Source: an uncultured Spirochaetota bacterium (GTDB taxonomy: Bacteria; Spirochaetota; UBA4802; UBA5550). From it: DNA of 64,000 bases. A program made the translations under genes and the position numbers. A model generated the notes under the pieces. That model had not been told where the DNA came from. It searched no databases and was given only the letters and a program-made list of their open reading frames with translations. The DNA lies in NCBI GenBank assembly GCA_963827275.1, contig CAWHAA010000008.1, positions 320,001 through 384,000 of the forward strand. The letters are read 5' to 3'. The first letter of the stretch is position 1. Every line of letters starts with the position of its first letter. Below, piece by piece: positions 9,849 through 19,232 of this stretch.

Positions 9849-10787
9849 TTAATGTATCCCCGGGCCCTGCCTGCCGGGATCGCCCGGTTGCGGGGAGGTG
9901 TCCTGCTTCTTCCCGTCAATGATGAGCGCAAGGTCGTTCCTGTCAAAATGATAGCGTTTTGCGCAAAAGGTGCAGGTGACTTCCGCGCCGCCGTCCTTGT
10001 CGATCATATCCTGGAGGTCTTCGCGATGGAGACTGGCAAGCATGGAACGGATCGTCCTCGGGTCGCACCGGCAGGAGGCCCGCAGCGGACGGGAATCCAG
10101 CAGGGTCACCGCTTCGTTGTCGAAAAGGAACTTCAGAATATCCAGTATGTCGACACCCTCCTTCAGGCTTTCGCCGAGTGATCTGCTCATGGAGGAGATG
10201 TTCTCCTCGACCCTGGCGATGGCATGCTCCGGGGTGTCCGGAAAAGTCTGTATGAGGATTCCCCCGGAGGAGGTAATGGCGCCTTCCTGCGAAAGGGTCA
10301 GGCCGATGATGACCGCGGAAGGTATCTGCTCGGAAACCGTAAGATAATAGGCGACGTCGCCGGCGACTTCTCCGGTCTGGAGGGGGATAACGCTGGTGTA
10401 GGGCTCTTTCATGCCGATGTCTTTACGCACGGTGAGGAACCCGGCGCCGATACTCCTGGAAAAGCTGAGCGCTCCTATGTCGTCGGTGAGGTCAGGCTGC
10501 GGGTTGGCCACATAACCCCTGATGTTGCCGCGGGCGTCAGCCTGCGCGTGGATCTCCCTGACAGGGCCGGTCCCCTCGATTTTGACCAGCAGGCTCTGGG
10601 CCGAGTCGGGCTTGAGCGTGGCGCTCAGCAAGGCCGCGGCCGTAATGGTCCTGCCCAGGGCGAGCGTGGCGTTGGGGGTGGTTTCGTGCAGGGAGGTGAT
10701 CTCCCTCGCGATATCCATCGAGGTCACGGTGTAGGCCCTCAAATTCAAGGGCCTGCAGATCAGTCTTGTCAGGCGGTCATTGCCCAT
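9849..10787 (-). CDS. hslO: Hsp33 redox-regulated chaperone
   Basis: ALGRTITAA, YYLTVSEQIPS, GGILIQ, zinc motif CRC…CTFC. Confidence 0.95.
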   Translation of the reverse strand: MGNDRLTRLICRPLNLRAYTVTSMDIAREITSLHETTPNATLALGRTITAAALLSATLKPDSAQSLLVKIEGTGPVREIHAQADARGNIRGYVANPQPDLTDDIGALSFSRSIGAGFLTVRKDIGMKEPYTSVIPLQTGEVAGDVAYYLTVSEQIPSAVIIGLTLSQEGAITSSGGILIQTFPDTPEHAIARVEENISSMSRSLGESLKEGVDILDILKFLFDNEAVTLLDSRPLRASCRCDPRTIRSMLASLHREDLQDMIDKDGGAEVTCTFCAKRYHFDRNDLALIIDGKKQDTSPQPGDPGRQGPGIH

Positions 10788-11030
10788 GGCGCTTTTTGTC
10801 CTTGTGCGCGGGATGGCATCATGCGTGCACGGGTCATAGTATTTTTCCGTGATGCCGTATCGTCAAGGAATTTGTGGAGTTTACCTGGCAGGGGGAGGAA
10901 TTAATATATCAATAAGATACAATGAGCACGCACCGCAGAACGGATCTTCCGGATGTGTCGGCCGGGGCGGCGGGCGGAACGGTCAACAGGGAGGAGTGCC
11001 GCATCGGCACTCCTCCCGCTATTGCAATTA

Positions 11031-11300
11031 TTATCTGCGGCCATCCATTTTTCTCATGCGCTCAAGGATGAGATCGGTCATCGGGGTTGTCGATACCTTT
11101 GTTTTTGCTGCTGCAGTTTTAACACGGGCCGGTTTGCGCGCGTTCTTCGCACGGGTGGTTTTTTTCGCGACTTTTTTCTTCACAATTTTTTTCGTAGCTT
11201 TTTTAACTTTCTTTAACGCCGGTTTTGGTTTTTTCACGGTTGATTTTTTCTTTTTTGCTGCCTTTTTTACAGATTTTTTAACCGATTTTGCTTTTTTCAT
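11031..11300 (-). CDS. Small histone-H1-like basic protein
   Basis: 89 aa of K/A/V/T repeats followed by a short non-repetitive C-terminus (TPMTDLILERMRKMDGRR); GGGAG SD upstream. Confidence 0.7.
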   Translation of the reverse strand: MKKAKSVKKSVKKAAKKKKSTVKKPKPALKKVKKATKKIVKKKVAKKTTRAKNARKPARVKTAAAKTKVSTTPMTDLILERMRKMDGRR

Positions 11301-11347
11301 CGTGACGCTCCCATTGTATAATGTAATCTAGGAATCTCATCCTCATC

Positions 11348-11464
11348 CTGCGCAGTTCCACGGGACGTAACGGACCATACCTGTGCCTGTCCCGGGTCTT
11401 GTACTACACCCTGTAACACGTTACAGGCAATGGACAGGTTCGTTCGTTTTATCGTGCGGGGCAG
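11348..11464 (+). ncRNA. Candidate structured RNA or regulatory element (nested inverted repeats)
   Basis: Nested pairs 11348-51/11461-64, 11359-63/11452-56, 11369-75/11442-48, 11386-92/11432-38, 11410-17/11420-27; no known family recognised. Confidence 0.3.
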
Positions 11465-11751
11465 TTATTGAGAATAATCGTAATGAAACGCATAGATTCC
11501 CCACCCGGTGAATGTATAAAGAGTGTGACGATTAATAGCAAGAAAAAACCGGGTGTCAGATTGTAAAAAATGTAAAAAATCGCATAACGGCACGCCACCG
11601 GAAAGGAATTTCGTCAGGCACGGACCGAAGGGGGAGGCGCGGGCAGCGGGTCGGTCATTGGCGGATAGTACACCAGATCATTCAAAATAACATGAATAAA
11701 AGATAAAATAAAGTACGGATTATGCCGGTTTTTAAGGCAGCATTGCCATCG

Positions 11752-13548
11752 TTATATAATCAGCTGGCCGGGCCTGAGGGAACCATCAGTTTTTCCCCTG
11801 TCCACTACCTGCCTCCCGTTGATGAACACTGCCTCGATCCCGCCGGGCGCCGCATCGGTCTTCCTGTCGGTGTTGTTGTCCCTGACTGATTTCCAGTCGA
11901 ATACGGTGATGTCAGCGGCATAGCCTTCCCTGAGAAACCCCCGGTTCTTGATGCCAAACCGCTCCGCCGAGGCGCCGGTCATCTTGCGCACGGCCTCCTC
12001 GAGGCTGATGGTCCGGAAATCGCGGGCATATTGTAAAAACCGCGGGAAGCAGCCGAAGGCGCCCGGGTTCTGGACTCCCTCGGGGATCACCCATGCATCG
12101 GTCATGAAGAGCGATGCCGGGTGGCGCATCAGATCCTTCACGTTATCGAGGCTGCTGTACCGGTGGTTGAGCACCCCCGCTTTTCCCTCGGTCTGTTTTG
12201 CCAGGTCGATGAAATTTTCGAACTGGTCCATATTCCGTTCTCTCGCGATATCCATGAGGAACATGCCGTTGTATTTATCCAGGTCGGGCCTGCCGGCGTT
12301 GGTGATCTGGATGTCTTCATAACCGAAGCCGAGGAGCCACTTGATGACCATGAACTCCATCTTCAGCCTCCTGAGGGCGGACCGGTCATCGTACACCGAC
12401 GGCACGCGCGCCAGGAACCATGCCGGCAGGACCACGCTGATGACGGAGGTGCCGCAGTGGTACGCGTAGGTGTCAAACTTGACGTCAACACCGTCGCGGA
12501 TTGCTGTATCGATCAGTTCCAGCGCGTCGCTGCAGGTGTCCCAGGTATCGGTACCGACAAAGATCAGGTGCGACACCTGGAGGCGCACTCCCGTTTCACG
12601 GGCGATTGCCAGCATCTCCTTGAGGGCCAGGAGATTGTGCGCTTTCCCGAAGGGAACCAGCGGATACGTGGGGGAGAGCGAGGAATACGCCTTCAGGTGG
12701 ACCGTCAGGACCCTGTCGCGCTTTTTAACCAGCCGCGCCACCTGCTTCAGCTCATCATCGGTGGCGAATATGCCCGGCTCGTACTGGAGGCCCAGTGACA
12801 CGCCGTGGCAGCCCTGCTCCATCGATTCGTCAAGGAGCGCGAGCAGCCTTTTCATCTCGCCGCCGTCCATTGGAGTGGGCCGGTACGCGCGGATCGACAT
12901 GCGCGAGGTGCCGTGGCCTGCGAGGTTCGCGATGTTGTGGGTGATGCCCTGGCGGCGGACCAGCGCGAAGTACTCTTCCATGGAGTCCCACGGAAGGTGC
13001 GGGTTGCCCATGAATTTTCCGGCCTTGTTCTCTATGAAGCTTTTATGCGGGGAATTTTTTTCGAACCCGGCGATGCCGAACCCGCAATTGCCGGTGACAA
13101 AAGTGGTGATCCCCTGGGCCGTGAAGGGGGTGGTGAATTTTGAATGGTCTCGCCGCGTGACCGCCCAGTCGTTGTGGGAATGCATGTCAATGAAGCCGGG
13201 AGCGATCACCTTTCCCGCGCAGTCGATGGTCCGCCCGTTGAAGGAGAGGTCGTTTGCGGTGACGGCCTCAATCCTGCTCCCGTTGATCAGCACATCGCCG
13301 GTAAAGGCTTTCTTTCCGGTGCCGTCAACGATCAGCCCCTTTTTCAGGAGGACGCGGCCTGCCGGGCTTCCCGTAACGGCGACTTTTTGCGGTGCGGCGG
13401 ATTTTTCCGGCGGGGTCGCGGCCGTCGTGTCTCCCTTTTTACATCCGATGAGCGGGTAGAGCGACAGCGCTGTCCCGAGGGAGGCGGCACGAACGATGAA
13501 ATTTTTCCTGGTCATGCCGGTACCGCCGTTTTTTTCTTTCCGTTTCAT
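11752..13548 (-). CDS. N-acyl-D-amino-acid deacylase family amidohydrolase, exported lipoprotein
   Basis: APGFIDMHSH, GITTFVTGNCG, GLQYEPG, AVRKMTG.SAERFG..RG.L.EGY.ADITVFD; N-terminal TRKNFI…LIGC. Confidence 0.88.
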   Translation of the reverse strand: MKRKEKNGGTGMTRKNFIVRAASLGTALSLYPLIGCKKGDTTAATPPEKSAAPQKVAVTGSPAGRVLLKKGLIVDGTGKKAFTGDVLINGSRIEAVTANDLSFNGRTIDCAGKVIAPGFIDMHSHNDWAVTRRDHSKFTTPFTAQGITTFVTGNCGFGIAGFEKNSPHKSFIENKAGKFMGNPHLPWDSMEEYFALVRRQGITHNIANLAGHGTSRMSIRAYRPTPMDGGEMKRLLALLDESMEQGCHGVSLGLQYEPGIFATDDELKQVARLVKKRDRVLTVHLKAYSSLSPTYPLVPFGKAHNLLALKEMLAIARETGVRLQVSHLIFVGTDTWDTCSDALELIDTAIRDGVDVKFDTYAYHCGTSVISVVLPAWFLARVPSVYDDRSALRRLKMEFMVIKWLLGFGYEDIQITNAGRPDLDKYNGMFLMDIARERNMDQFENFIDLAKQTEGKAGVLNHRYSSLDNVKDLMRHPASLFMTDAWVIPEGVQNPGAFGCFPRFLQYARDFRTISLEEAVRKMTGASAERFGIKNRGFLREGYAADITVFDWKSVRDNNTDRKTDAAPGGIEAVFINGRQVVDRGKTDGSLRPGQLII

Positions 13549-13650
13549 CGTAGGTCCTCCTCCGTTAATTTTGATTATCGGGGAATGCTCGGTTGTTGCG
13601 CCGTCTGATCACGGCAAACAAACAGTTTTTTTACACGATATGATATAAGG

Positions 13651-13684
13651 TCCCTCACGGCCCGGGAAACAGGGCCGTGAGGGA
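13651..13684. terminator. 13-bp-stem hairpin after the 13691-14065 gene
   Basis: TCCCTCACGGCCC-8 nt-GGGCCGTGAGGGA; no clear U tract. Confidence 0.55.
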
Positions 13685-13690
13685 AGCAGG

Positions 13691-14065
13691 TCACCTGTTC
13701 TTTATGGAAACAAGAGTGTACACGTCACCCTTTTTCTTGACAACGACTTCAACATCGAGACGGCTCTCTTTCTTTTTCAGAAATTGCCCGATTTTTTTGC
13801 TGCTTGCCGCATCAAAGCGGATGAGGGCCCCGTAGTGATACAGGGAATATCCGCTTGCCGCGCATTTCGGCATCAGGGCGCACTCCCTGGTGTGCGTTTT
13901 TATGAATTCGTCCAGTGTCGCCTTGTGCGCCTCTGCGCAGAGATTGTCCACGATGGTCCCGGTAAGGGATGCCGTGTCTGCGTTCATCCCCTTGTGGGGG
14001 TCCGCCGCCATGGCGCCCGTCGCCATTAATGCTACTGTCATTATTACGATATATAGATGTTTCAT
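13691..14065 (-). CDS. Hypothetical secreted Cys/His-motif protein
   Basis: Signal peptide; DNLCAEAH…THTRECALMPKCAASGY; AGGAG SD before MKHLY. Confidence 0.7.
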   Translation of the reverse strand: MKHLYIVIMTVALMATGAMAADPHKGMNADTASLTGTIVDNLCAEAHKATLDEFIKTHTRECALMPKCAASGYSLYHYGALIRFDAASSKKIGQFLKKKESRLDVEVVVKKKGDVYTLVSIKNR

Positions 14066-14170
14066 GATGGAGCTCCTGTATTTTAAGATTATAATAAAAT
14101 AATAAAATATCCGCACCCGGTCAAGTAATTCAAGAATTAATAATCGGCCTGTCGGTCAATGATGCACCTC

Positions 14171-14910
14171 TTACCCGGGCGGAAGATACTCCTTGTGCAC
14201 GTTCGACATCGCAGCAAAGAGGTTTTTTTTCGCTTTACCGTTCATCTTCGTCAGTTCGGCGACAAGGCGCTTCATGTCAGCGCGTCGTGTTGTATCGCCG
14301 TAGCGGCAGCGCGATTTCTCAACCGGAAACCCGCGGATGCGCGCGTACTGCTCAGCATCTCCTTTTCCTGAAGAGGTATGAGCGGCCGGATGATATCAAA
14401 CTCACCGCCGAACATGGCAAGCTTCGGCGGCATGGAGCTGATGGATCCGTTGAAGGTCATGTTGAGGAAGAGGGTTTCCAGCGCATCGTCCATGTGGTGG
14501 CCAAGGGCCAGCCGGTTGCAGCCGAGCTCCTTGACGGAGCGGAACAGCTCCTTGCGCCGGTGCCATGCGCACACGAAGCAGACGGTCTTTTTCGGGTCGC
14601 GGGCCAGGTCCACCTCGATCGTGCGCAGGTGGAAGGCAATGTCCAGCTCCCTGCAAAATCCTTCATAATATTCGCGGTCAAGCTCCGGGGTGATGCCTGT
14701 CACGCTGATGTGAATGGCGTGCAGGTCATAGTGGATCGGGATCCACCTGCGCCTGAGGGCCAGCGCCTCGAGGAGGACGATGGAGTCCTTGCCGCCGGAC
14801 ACACCCACGGCGATCCGGTCGCCCGCGCCTATCAGGCCGTACCGGTTTATCGCGCGGCCTGCCGTTTTTTGTACCTGCAAAAGGTAGTTCGATTCACTGG
14901 TGCGCTTCAT
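14171..14910 (-). CDS. ttcA: tRNA 2-thiocytidine biosynthesis protein TtcA family (frameshift near 14352)
   Basis: PP-loop SGGKDS, CFVC..HRR, ALGHHMDD, IIRPL; the C-terminus continues in another frame (…EKSRCRYGDTTRRADMK…EYLPPG*). Confidence 0.85.
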
Positions 14911-15148
14911 TTGGAATGCCCCGCCGGGGCGCGGCAGGAGTGCGTCCCGTCCCTGGTCCGGTGCCCGGCGCCGTATAGTGTGCTCATAACGGCACACCGG
15001 GATCCTGCACTCCGTAAAAAAATATGTCAAGCACTATGCGCCGCAACCGCTCTGCGGGAAGTGCCCGGAATAAAAAGTAATTGCGCAGATTGTGTCTTTG
15101 GTGCAAACTTGTCTCAATACCATAGATTCAGATACGAGGGTGGAGCGG

Positions 15149-15508
15149 ATGGCAAAGGGATTGATTGTCGATGATTCGAAGTTCATGAGAAAAATCCTCC
15201 GCGAATCGATCGAAAGCGGCGGTCATTCGGTTGTTGACGAGGCCGAGAACGGCGCTGACGGCGTTGAAAAATACAAGTCGTACACGCCTGATTTCGTCAC
15301 CATGGATATAACCATGGGCGGCGTGGACGGCATGATGGCGGTCAGGGCCATCAACGAATACGATCCCGGAGCGAAGATCATAATCATATCCGCGCTCAAC
15401 GAGAAAACGATCAAGATGAATGACAATGGCATCAGGGCCTCGGCCTATCTCCAGAAGCCCTTTGAACGCGAGCAGCTCCTTTCAGTAATCGCCGGCATAC
15501 TCGGCTGA
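15149..15508 (+). CDS. Single-domain response regulator (CheY-like)
   Basis: LIVDDSKFMR, PDFVTMDITM, ISA, KPF. Confidence 0.9.
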   Translation: MAKGLIVDDSKFMRKILRESIESGGHSVVDEAENGADGVEKYKSYTPDFVTMDITMGGVDGMMAVRAINEYDPGAKIIIISALNEKTIKMNDNGIRASAYLQKPFEREQLLSVIAGILG

Positions 15509-15535
15509 CCTTCCTGGAGTTCCGGCGGCGGTACC

Positions 15536-16597
15536 ATGGGCGGAAGCTACATAAAACTCTACGGGACATCGGATAGGGCGGATTCGGCGTTCCTGCTCGC
15601 CGAGGGGTCCGTGTATTTTTACGCCTCCAACGTGGACAAGTACGCCATCTCCGGAAAGAACCTGCTCGTCGGCGCGACGGAGATCATCCTGAACCGCATG
15701 CTCGGGAACACCACGGGCCGCATCGAAACCGCGGCGGCGGCCGCCGGGAGCGCGGTCAAAAAAATACCCGCGGACAGGTTTATCGAAGGCCTGGGGACCT
15801 ACTCGTTCGCCCTGAACGTGTCCATGGTGCTGGCGAAGCAGGTCGCGCTGACCGGCAGGATATTACAGAAGAACATGAGCGACCTTGAGAGCGAGGAAAA
15901 AAAGGTCCGTGAGAATGCCCTGGCCTACTATGCCGTCATGAACCGCCTGCACCAGGAATATGAACAGAGAAAACTCCCCTGGATACGGGACCTGCTCGAT
16001 GAATTCAAGGAAAACCTTACCTGCAAAAGGGGCGAGGCCCTGTTCAAGTCGATCGAGCCGGCCCATGTCAGCCCGGCGTCGGCGATCTCCGAACGGGACG
16101 CTGAATATCAGCGGGGCGCTGTCATATGCCAGGAGAACGAGCCCGGAGACGAAATGTATATTCTGAAGAGCGGCTCGGTCGATGTATTCGTGGGAGGCAG
16201 CCGCATCAACACCATCGATGAGCCGGGCACGGTGATCGGCGAGTCATCGCTGCTCCTCGGTGCGCCGCGCGCCGCTACCCTGAAGGCAAAAAACACGGTA
16301 ATCATCACCAGGATCGGGAAGGAGGACCTGAAGGAGTTTGCGGAACAGCAGGAAGATTTTTTTCCGGGCATCGTGGCATCGCTCGCCGGCAGGCATTACA
16401 GCAACGTGAGCAGGATAGAAGAGGTGAACCGTTCCCTCATAGGGAAAACCCTTGACAGTGAAACATCGAGGCTGGACAAAAACGCGGCGGTTGCGCGGCG
16501 CACGCAGCGCGACCTTGGCATGCTCCGGAACAGGGTAGAGGACGTGATTCGCGAAAAGAAGGCGGATTTCCTGAGCGACCTTGTGGCCGGGGCCTGA
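15536..16597 (+). CDS. Cyclic-nucleotide-binding domain protein (degenerate N-terminal plus intact C-terminal cNMP domain, no HTH)
   Basis: ICQENEPGDEMYILKSGSV…GTVIGESSLLLGAPRAATLKA. Confidence 0.8.
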   Translation: MGGSYIKLYGTSDRADSAFLLAEGSVYFYASNVDKYAISGKNLLVGATEIILNRMLGNTTGRIETAAAAAGSAVKKIPADRFIEGLGTYSFALNVSMVLAKQVALTGRILQKNMSDLESEEKKVRENALAYYAVMNRLHQEYEQRKLPWIRDLLDEFKENLTCKRGEALFKSIEPAHVSPASAISERDAEYQRGAVICQENEPGDEMYILKSGSVDVFVGGSRINTIDEPGTVIGESSLLLGAPRAATLKAKNTVIITRIGKEDLKEFAEQQEDFFPGIVASLAGRHYSNVSRIEEVNRSLIGKTLDSETSRLDKNAAVARRTQRDLGMLRNRVEDVIREKKADFLSDLVAGA

Positions 16598-16613
16598 TAG
16601 ATGCCCGGCGGCA

Positions 16614-17123
16614 TCACCAGTTCAGGGTTTTCAGCCAGCTCATCTCCGCTTTCAGGTGGTGCTCCAGGTAGGTGAAGATCTCGTGGTATGACTGCTCGCC
16701 CGAGCGGTTGGTGTCTCCGTCAATCTTCTTTTTAATCGAATCCAGCTTTTCCTTCAGTATGGCCATGCGCTGGTCGATGAATTGCTTCTTCTGGTCGTCG
16801 GTGAGATAATTGATGAACATCAGCACGATGTCGATATCGAAATGGATCATGGTTTTATCGTAATACTGCTTGAGCAGCTTTTTGTAATGCTTTTTCCCAT
16901 TGGGCAGAATCTCGTAAATATAGCGCTCGGGATTGCCGCTGTCCTTTTCCGTGCCGACCCGCTTCACCCAGCCGTTGTCAACCGCTTTCTTTATGGCATA
17001 GTAGATGGAGCCGAACTTGATGTCCACGTAGTCTTCCAGCCGCTCAACGATTTTTTTCTTTATCTCGTAGCCGTACAGGTTCTCTTCCATTAAAAGACCC
17101 AGGATGGTTATTTCGATCTTCAT
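16614..17123 (-). CDS. PadR family transcriptional regulator
   Basis: ILGLL…LYGYEIKK…GSIYYAIKK…R.IYEI…G; GGAGGAG SD before MKIEIT. Confidence 0.9.
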   Translation of the reverse strand: MKIEITILGLLMEENLYGYEIKKKIVERLEDYVDIKFGSIYYAIKKAVDNGWVKRVGTEKDSGNPERYIYEILPNGKKHYKKLLKQYYDKTMIHFDIDIVLMFINYLTDDQKKQFIDQRMAILKEKLDSIKKKIDGDTNRSGEQSYHEIFTYLEHHLKAEMSWLKTLNW

Positions 17124-17555
17124 GGTCTCCTCCACCAGAAAACATGCTCGCGGCAACGGGTCCTCCCGCTGCCGATTCATGGATATCAGCGTGGCGCAAG
17201 AACGTGTCTGCCGATCCATGCTTGTATCAACACGATGACGAATGGTTGCTTTTTTAAGGCAGGGTAATAGTCTAAAATAGGGCGGTGCTAAAATCAATAT
17301 TAATATTTATATATCAAAAAAAAATGAATATTTTTTGGTATATTAATATATAAATTATAACTATTTTTCGAATTATTTGATATAAAACGACGGGTTATTT
17401 CATTGCGGCACGCCATGAGGACCCTGGAAGGCGCGTTGATGAACATTATGTCTCAAATAATGGTTGATTTGTCGCCATGGCGGATAAAATGTATCTTGTA
17501 ATTAATCAAAAATTTAACCTCTCCTTGAGATAAGGGTGCGGCGGAGTGGGCGCGG

Positions 17556-18161
17556 ATGACTGACATGGTGAAAACGAAAAAGAGGCTTACTGCCGGCGAG
17601 GCGGTGCGCCTGATCGCGCTGGGCGATTCCCTGACCCAGGGCTGGATGGTGCGCAAGGGATACCTTGAGTTCCTCGCCGAGATGATCGGGGAAAAATATC
17701 CTTCAGCCGACGTTACGATCATCAACAGGGGCGTGCCCGGTGATACGGCCGAGGGAGGGCTGTTCCGCCTTCGCGACGAGGTGCTTGATTGCGATCCGGA
17801 CGCGGTCTTTATTCAGTTTGCCCTGAATGACGCTTTCACCGGCGTGACCCCGGCGCGTTTCAAAAACACCATCAGGGCGATCGTGGAAAAGGTCAGGAGC
17901 GATACCGACGCGGAGATTCTACTGGTGACCTCGGTGCCCATCGTCACGCACCCTGCCGAGGACAAAATGACCGGGCGGTTTTATGACGCCCTCGCAGACA
18001 TTGCCGGGGAGGAAGGGTGCGCCATCGCCCCGGTGCACCGGTACTGGAAAAAGAAAATCGCCGACGGTGTCGATTTCAGCGGCCTGGTGCAGGCCGACGA
18101 GGTGCATCCCACCGTGGAAGGATACCGCCTGATGGCGGAGGCGATCATGGAGGCGCTGTAA
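17556..18161 (+). CDS. SGNH/GDSL hydrolase
   Basis: ALGDSLTQG, NRGVPGD, FALND, DEVHP. Confidence 0.9.
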   Translation: MTDMVKTKKRLTAGEAVRLIALGDSLTQGWMVRKGYLEFLAEMIGEKYPSADVTIINRGVPGDTAEGGLFRLRDEVLDCDPDAVFIQFALNDAFTGVTPARFKNTIRAIVEKVRSDTDAEILLVTSVPIVTHPAEDKMTGRFYDALADIAGEEGCAIAPVHRYWKKKIADGVDFSGLVQADEVHPTVEGYRLMAEAIMEAL

Positions 18162-18167
18162 TCAATC

Positions 18168-18503
18168 ATGGCGGATTACCGGAAAGAGATGAAAAAGCTC
18201 AGGAAGCACCGGCGGCTGTACCGTCCCGCCATGTCGAGGGTGCTTGACCTGTACAACAGGGTAACGCCTTCCGATCTCCCGATAGAACTGATCGATGACA
18301 GGGACATACTTACGATACTTGAGCTGATCGATGTGGGGTACCTCGACGAAGAAGCGCTGGTAGCGAAACATCGCTTCGGCAGCGTCACGGGGCTCCGCTA
18401 CAACGGGGCGTATCCCTTCACGGAAGAGGGTACGGCCTTCTACCGCGCGCACCGGACGTTCATCAGCACGATTCTCGACACGCTACGGGGCAGGCAGGCG
18501 TGA
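18168..18503 (+). CDS. Hypothetical protein
   Basis: Host-like codon usage; tightly packed between the SGNH hydrolase and aat. Confidence 0.65.
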   Translation: MADYRKEMKKLRKHRRLYRPAMSRVLDLYNRVTPSDLPIELIDDRDILTILELIDVGYLDEEALVAKHRFGSVTGLRYNGAYPFTEEGTAFYRAHRTFISTILDTLRGRQA

Positions 18504-18518
18504 TCCTGCGACAGCGGT

Positions 18519-19232
18519 ATGCCGATATTCGCGCTCAATAAGGATATCCTGTTTCCCCCGGTCGGCCTCGCCGAGCGGAACGGGATCCTCGCCGTGGGCG
18601 GCGACCTGTCCAGCGGGCGGCTCGTCGAGGCGTACCGCAGCGGCATCTTCCCCTGGTATTCGGACGGCGACCCGATCATCTGGTGGTCGCCCGACCCGCG
18701 CTTTGTCCTGTTTCCGGATGAACTGTATGTCTCGAAGACAATGCGGCAGGTGCTCCGGAGGAACATCTTCAGGATCACCTGCGACGAGGATTTCCCCTCT
18801 GTGATCCGTGGGTGCCGCGACCCGCGGAAGAAGGAACAGGGCACCTGGATCACCGACGAGATGATGGAAGCGTATATACGGCTCCACCACGAGGGCGTCG
18901 CGCATTCGGTTGAAGCGTGGCAGGACGGCGCCCTTGCCGGCGGGCTCTACGGGCTTTCGCTGGGGCGCTGCTTTTTCGGGGAGTCGATGTTCACCAGGGT
19001 GGCGAACGCCTCGAAGGCGGCCTTCATAACGCTGGTGCGCCGCCTCACGGAGCTCGGGTACGTCATCATCGACTGCCAGGTGCATACCGCGCACCTGGAG
19101 AGCCTGGGCGCGCGGCATCTACCCCGCGATGAATACATCGATCTGCTGGCGGCCGGATTGAAGCTGGAGGGCCGCGATGGGAGCTGGAGGGGGCTGCTGC
19201 CCGGGCCGGCGGCGCAGGCCGGTCCCGGCTAG
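18519..19232 (+). CDS. aat: Leucyl/phenylalanyl-tRNA-protein transferase
   Basis: AVGGDLS..RL..AY..GIFPW, WWSPDPR, TWIT, AHSVEAW, FFGESMF, IDCQ. Confidence 0.95.
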   Translation: MPIFALNKDILFPPVGLAERNGILAVGGDLSSGRLVEAYRSGIFPWYSDGDPIIWWSPDPRFVLFPDELYVSKTMRQVLRRNIFRITCDEDFPSVIRGCRDPRKKEQGTWITDEMMEAYIRLHHEGVAHSVEAWQDGALAGGLYGLSLGRCFFGESMFTRVANASKAAFITLVRRLTELGYVIIDCQVHTAHLESLGARHLPRDEYIDLLAAGLKLEGRDGSWRGLLPGPAAQAGPG

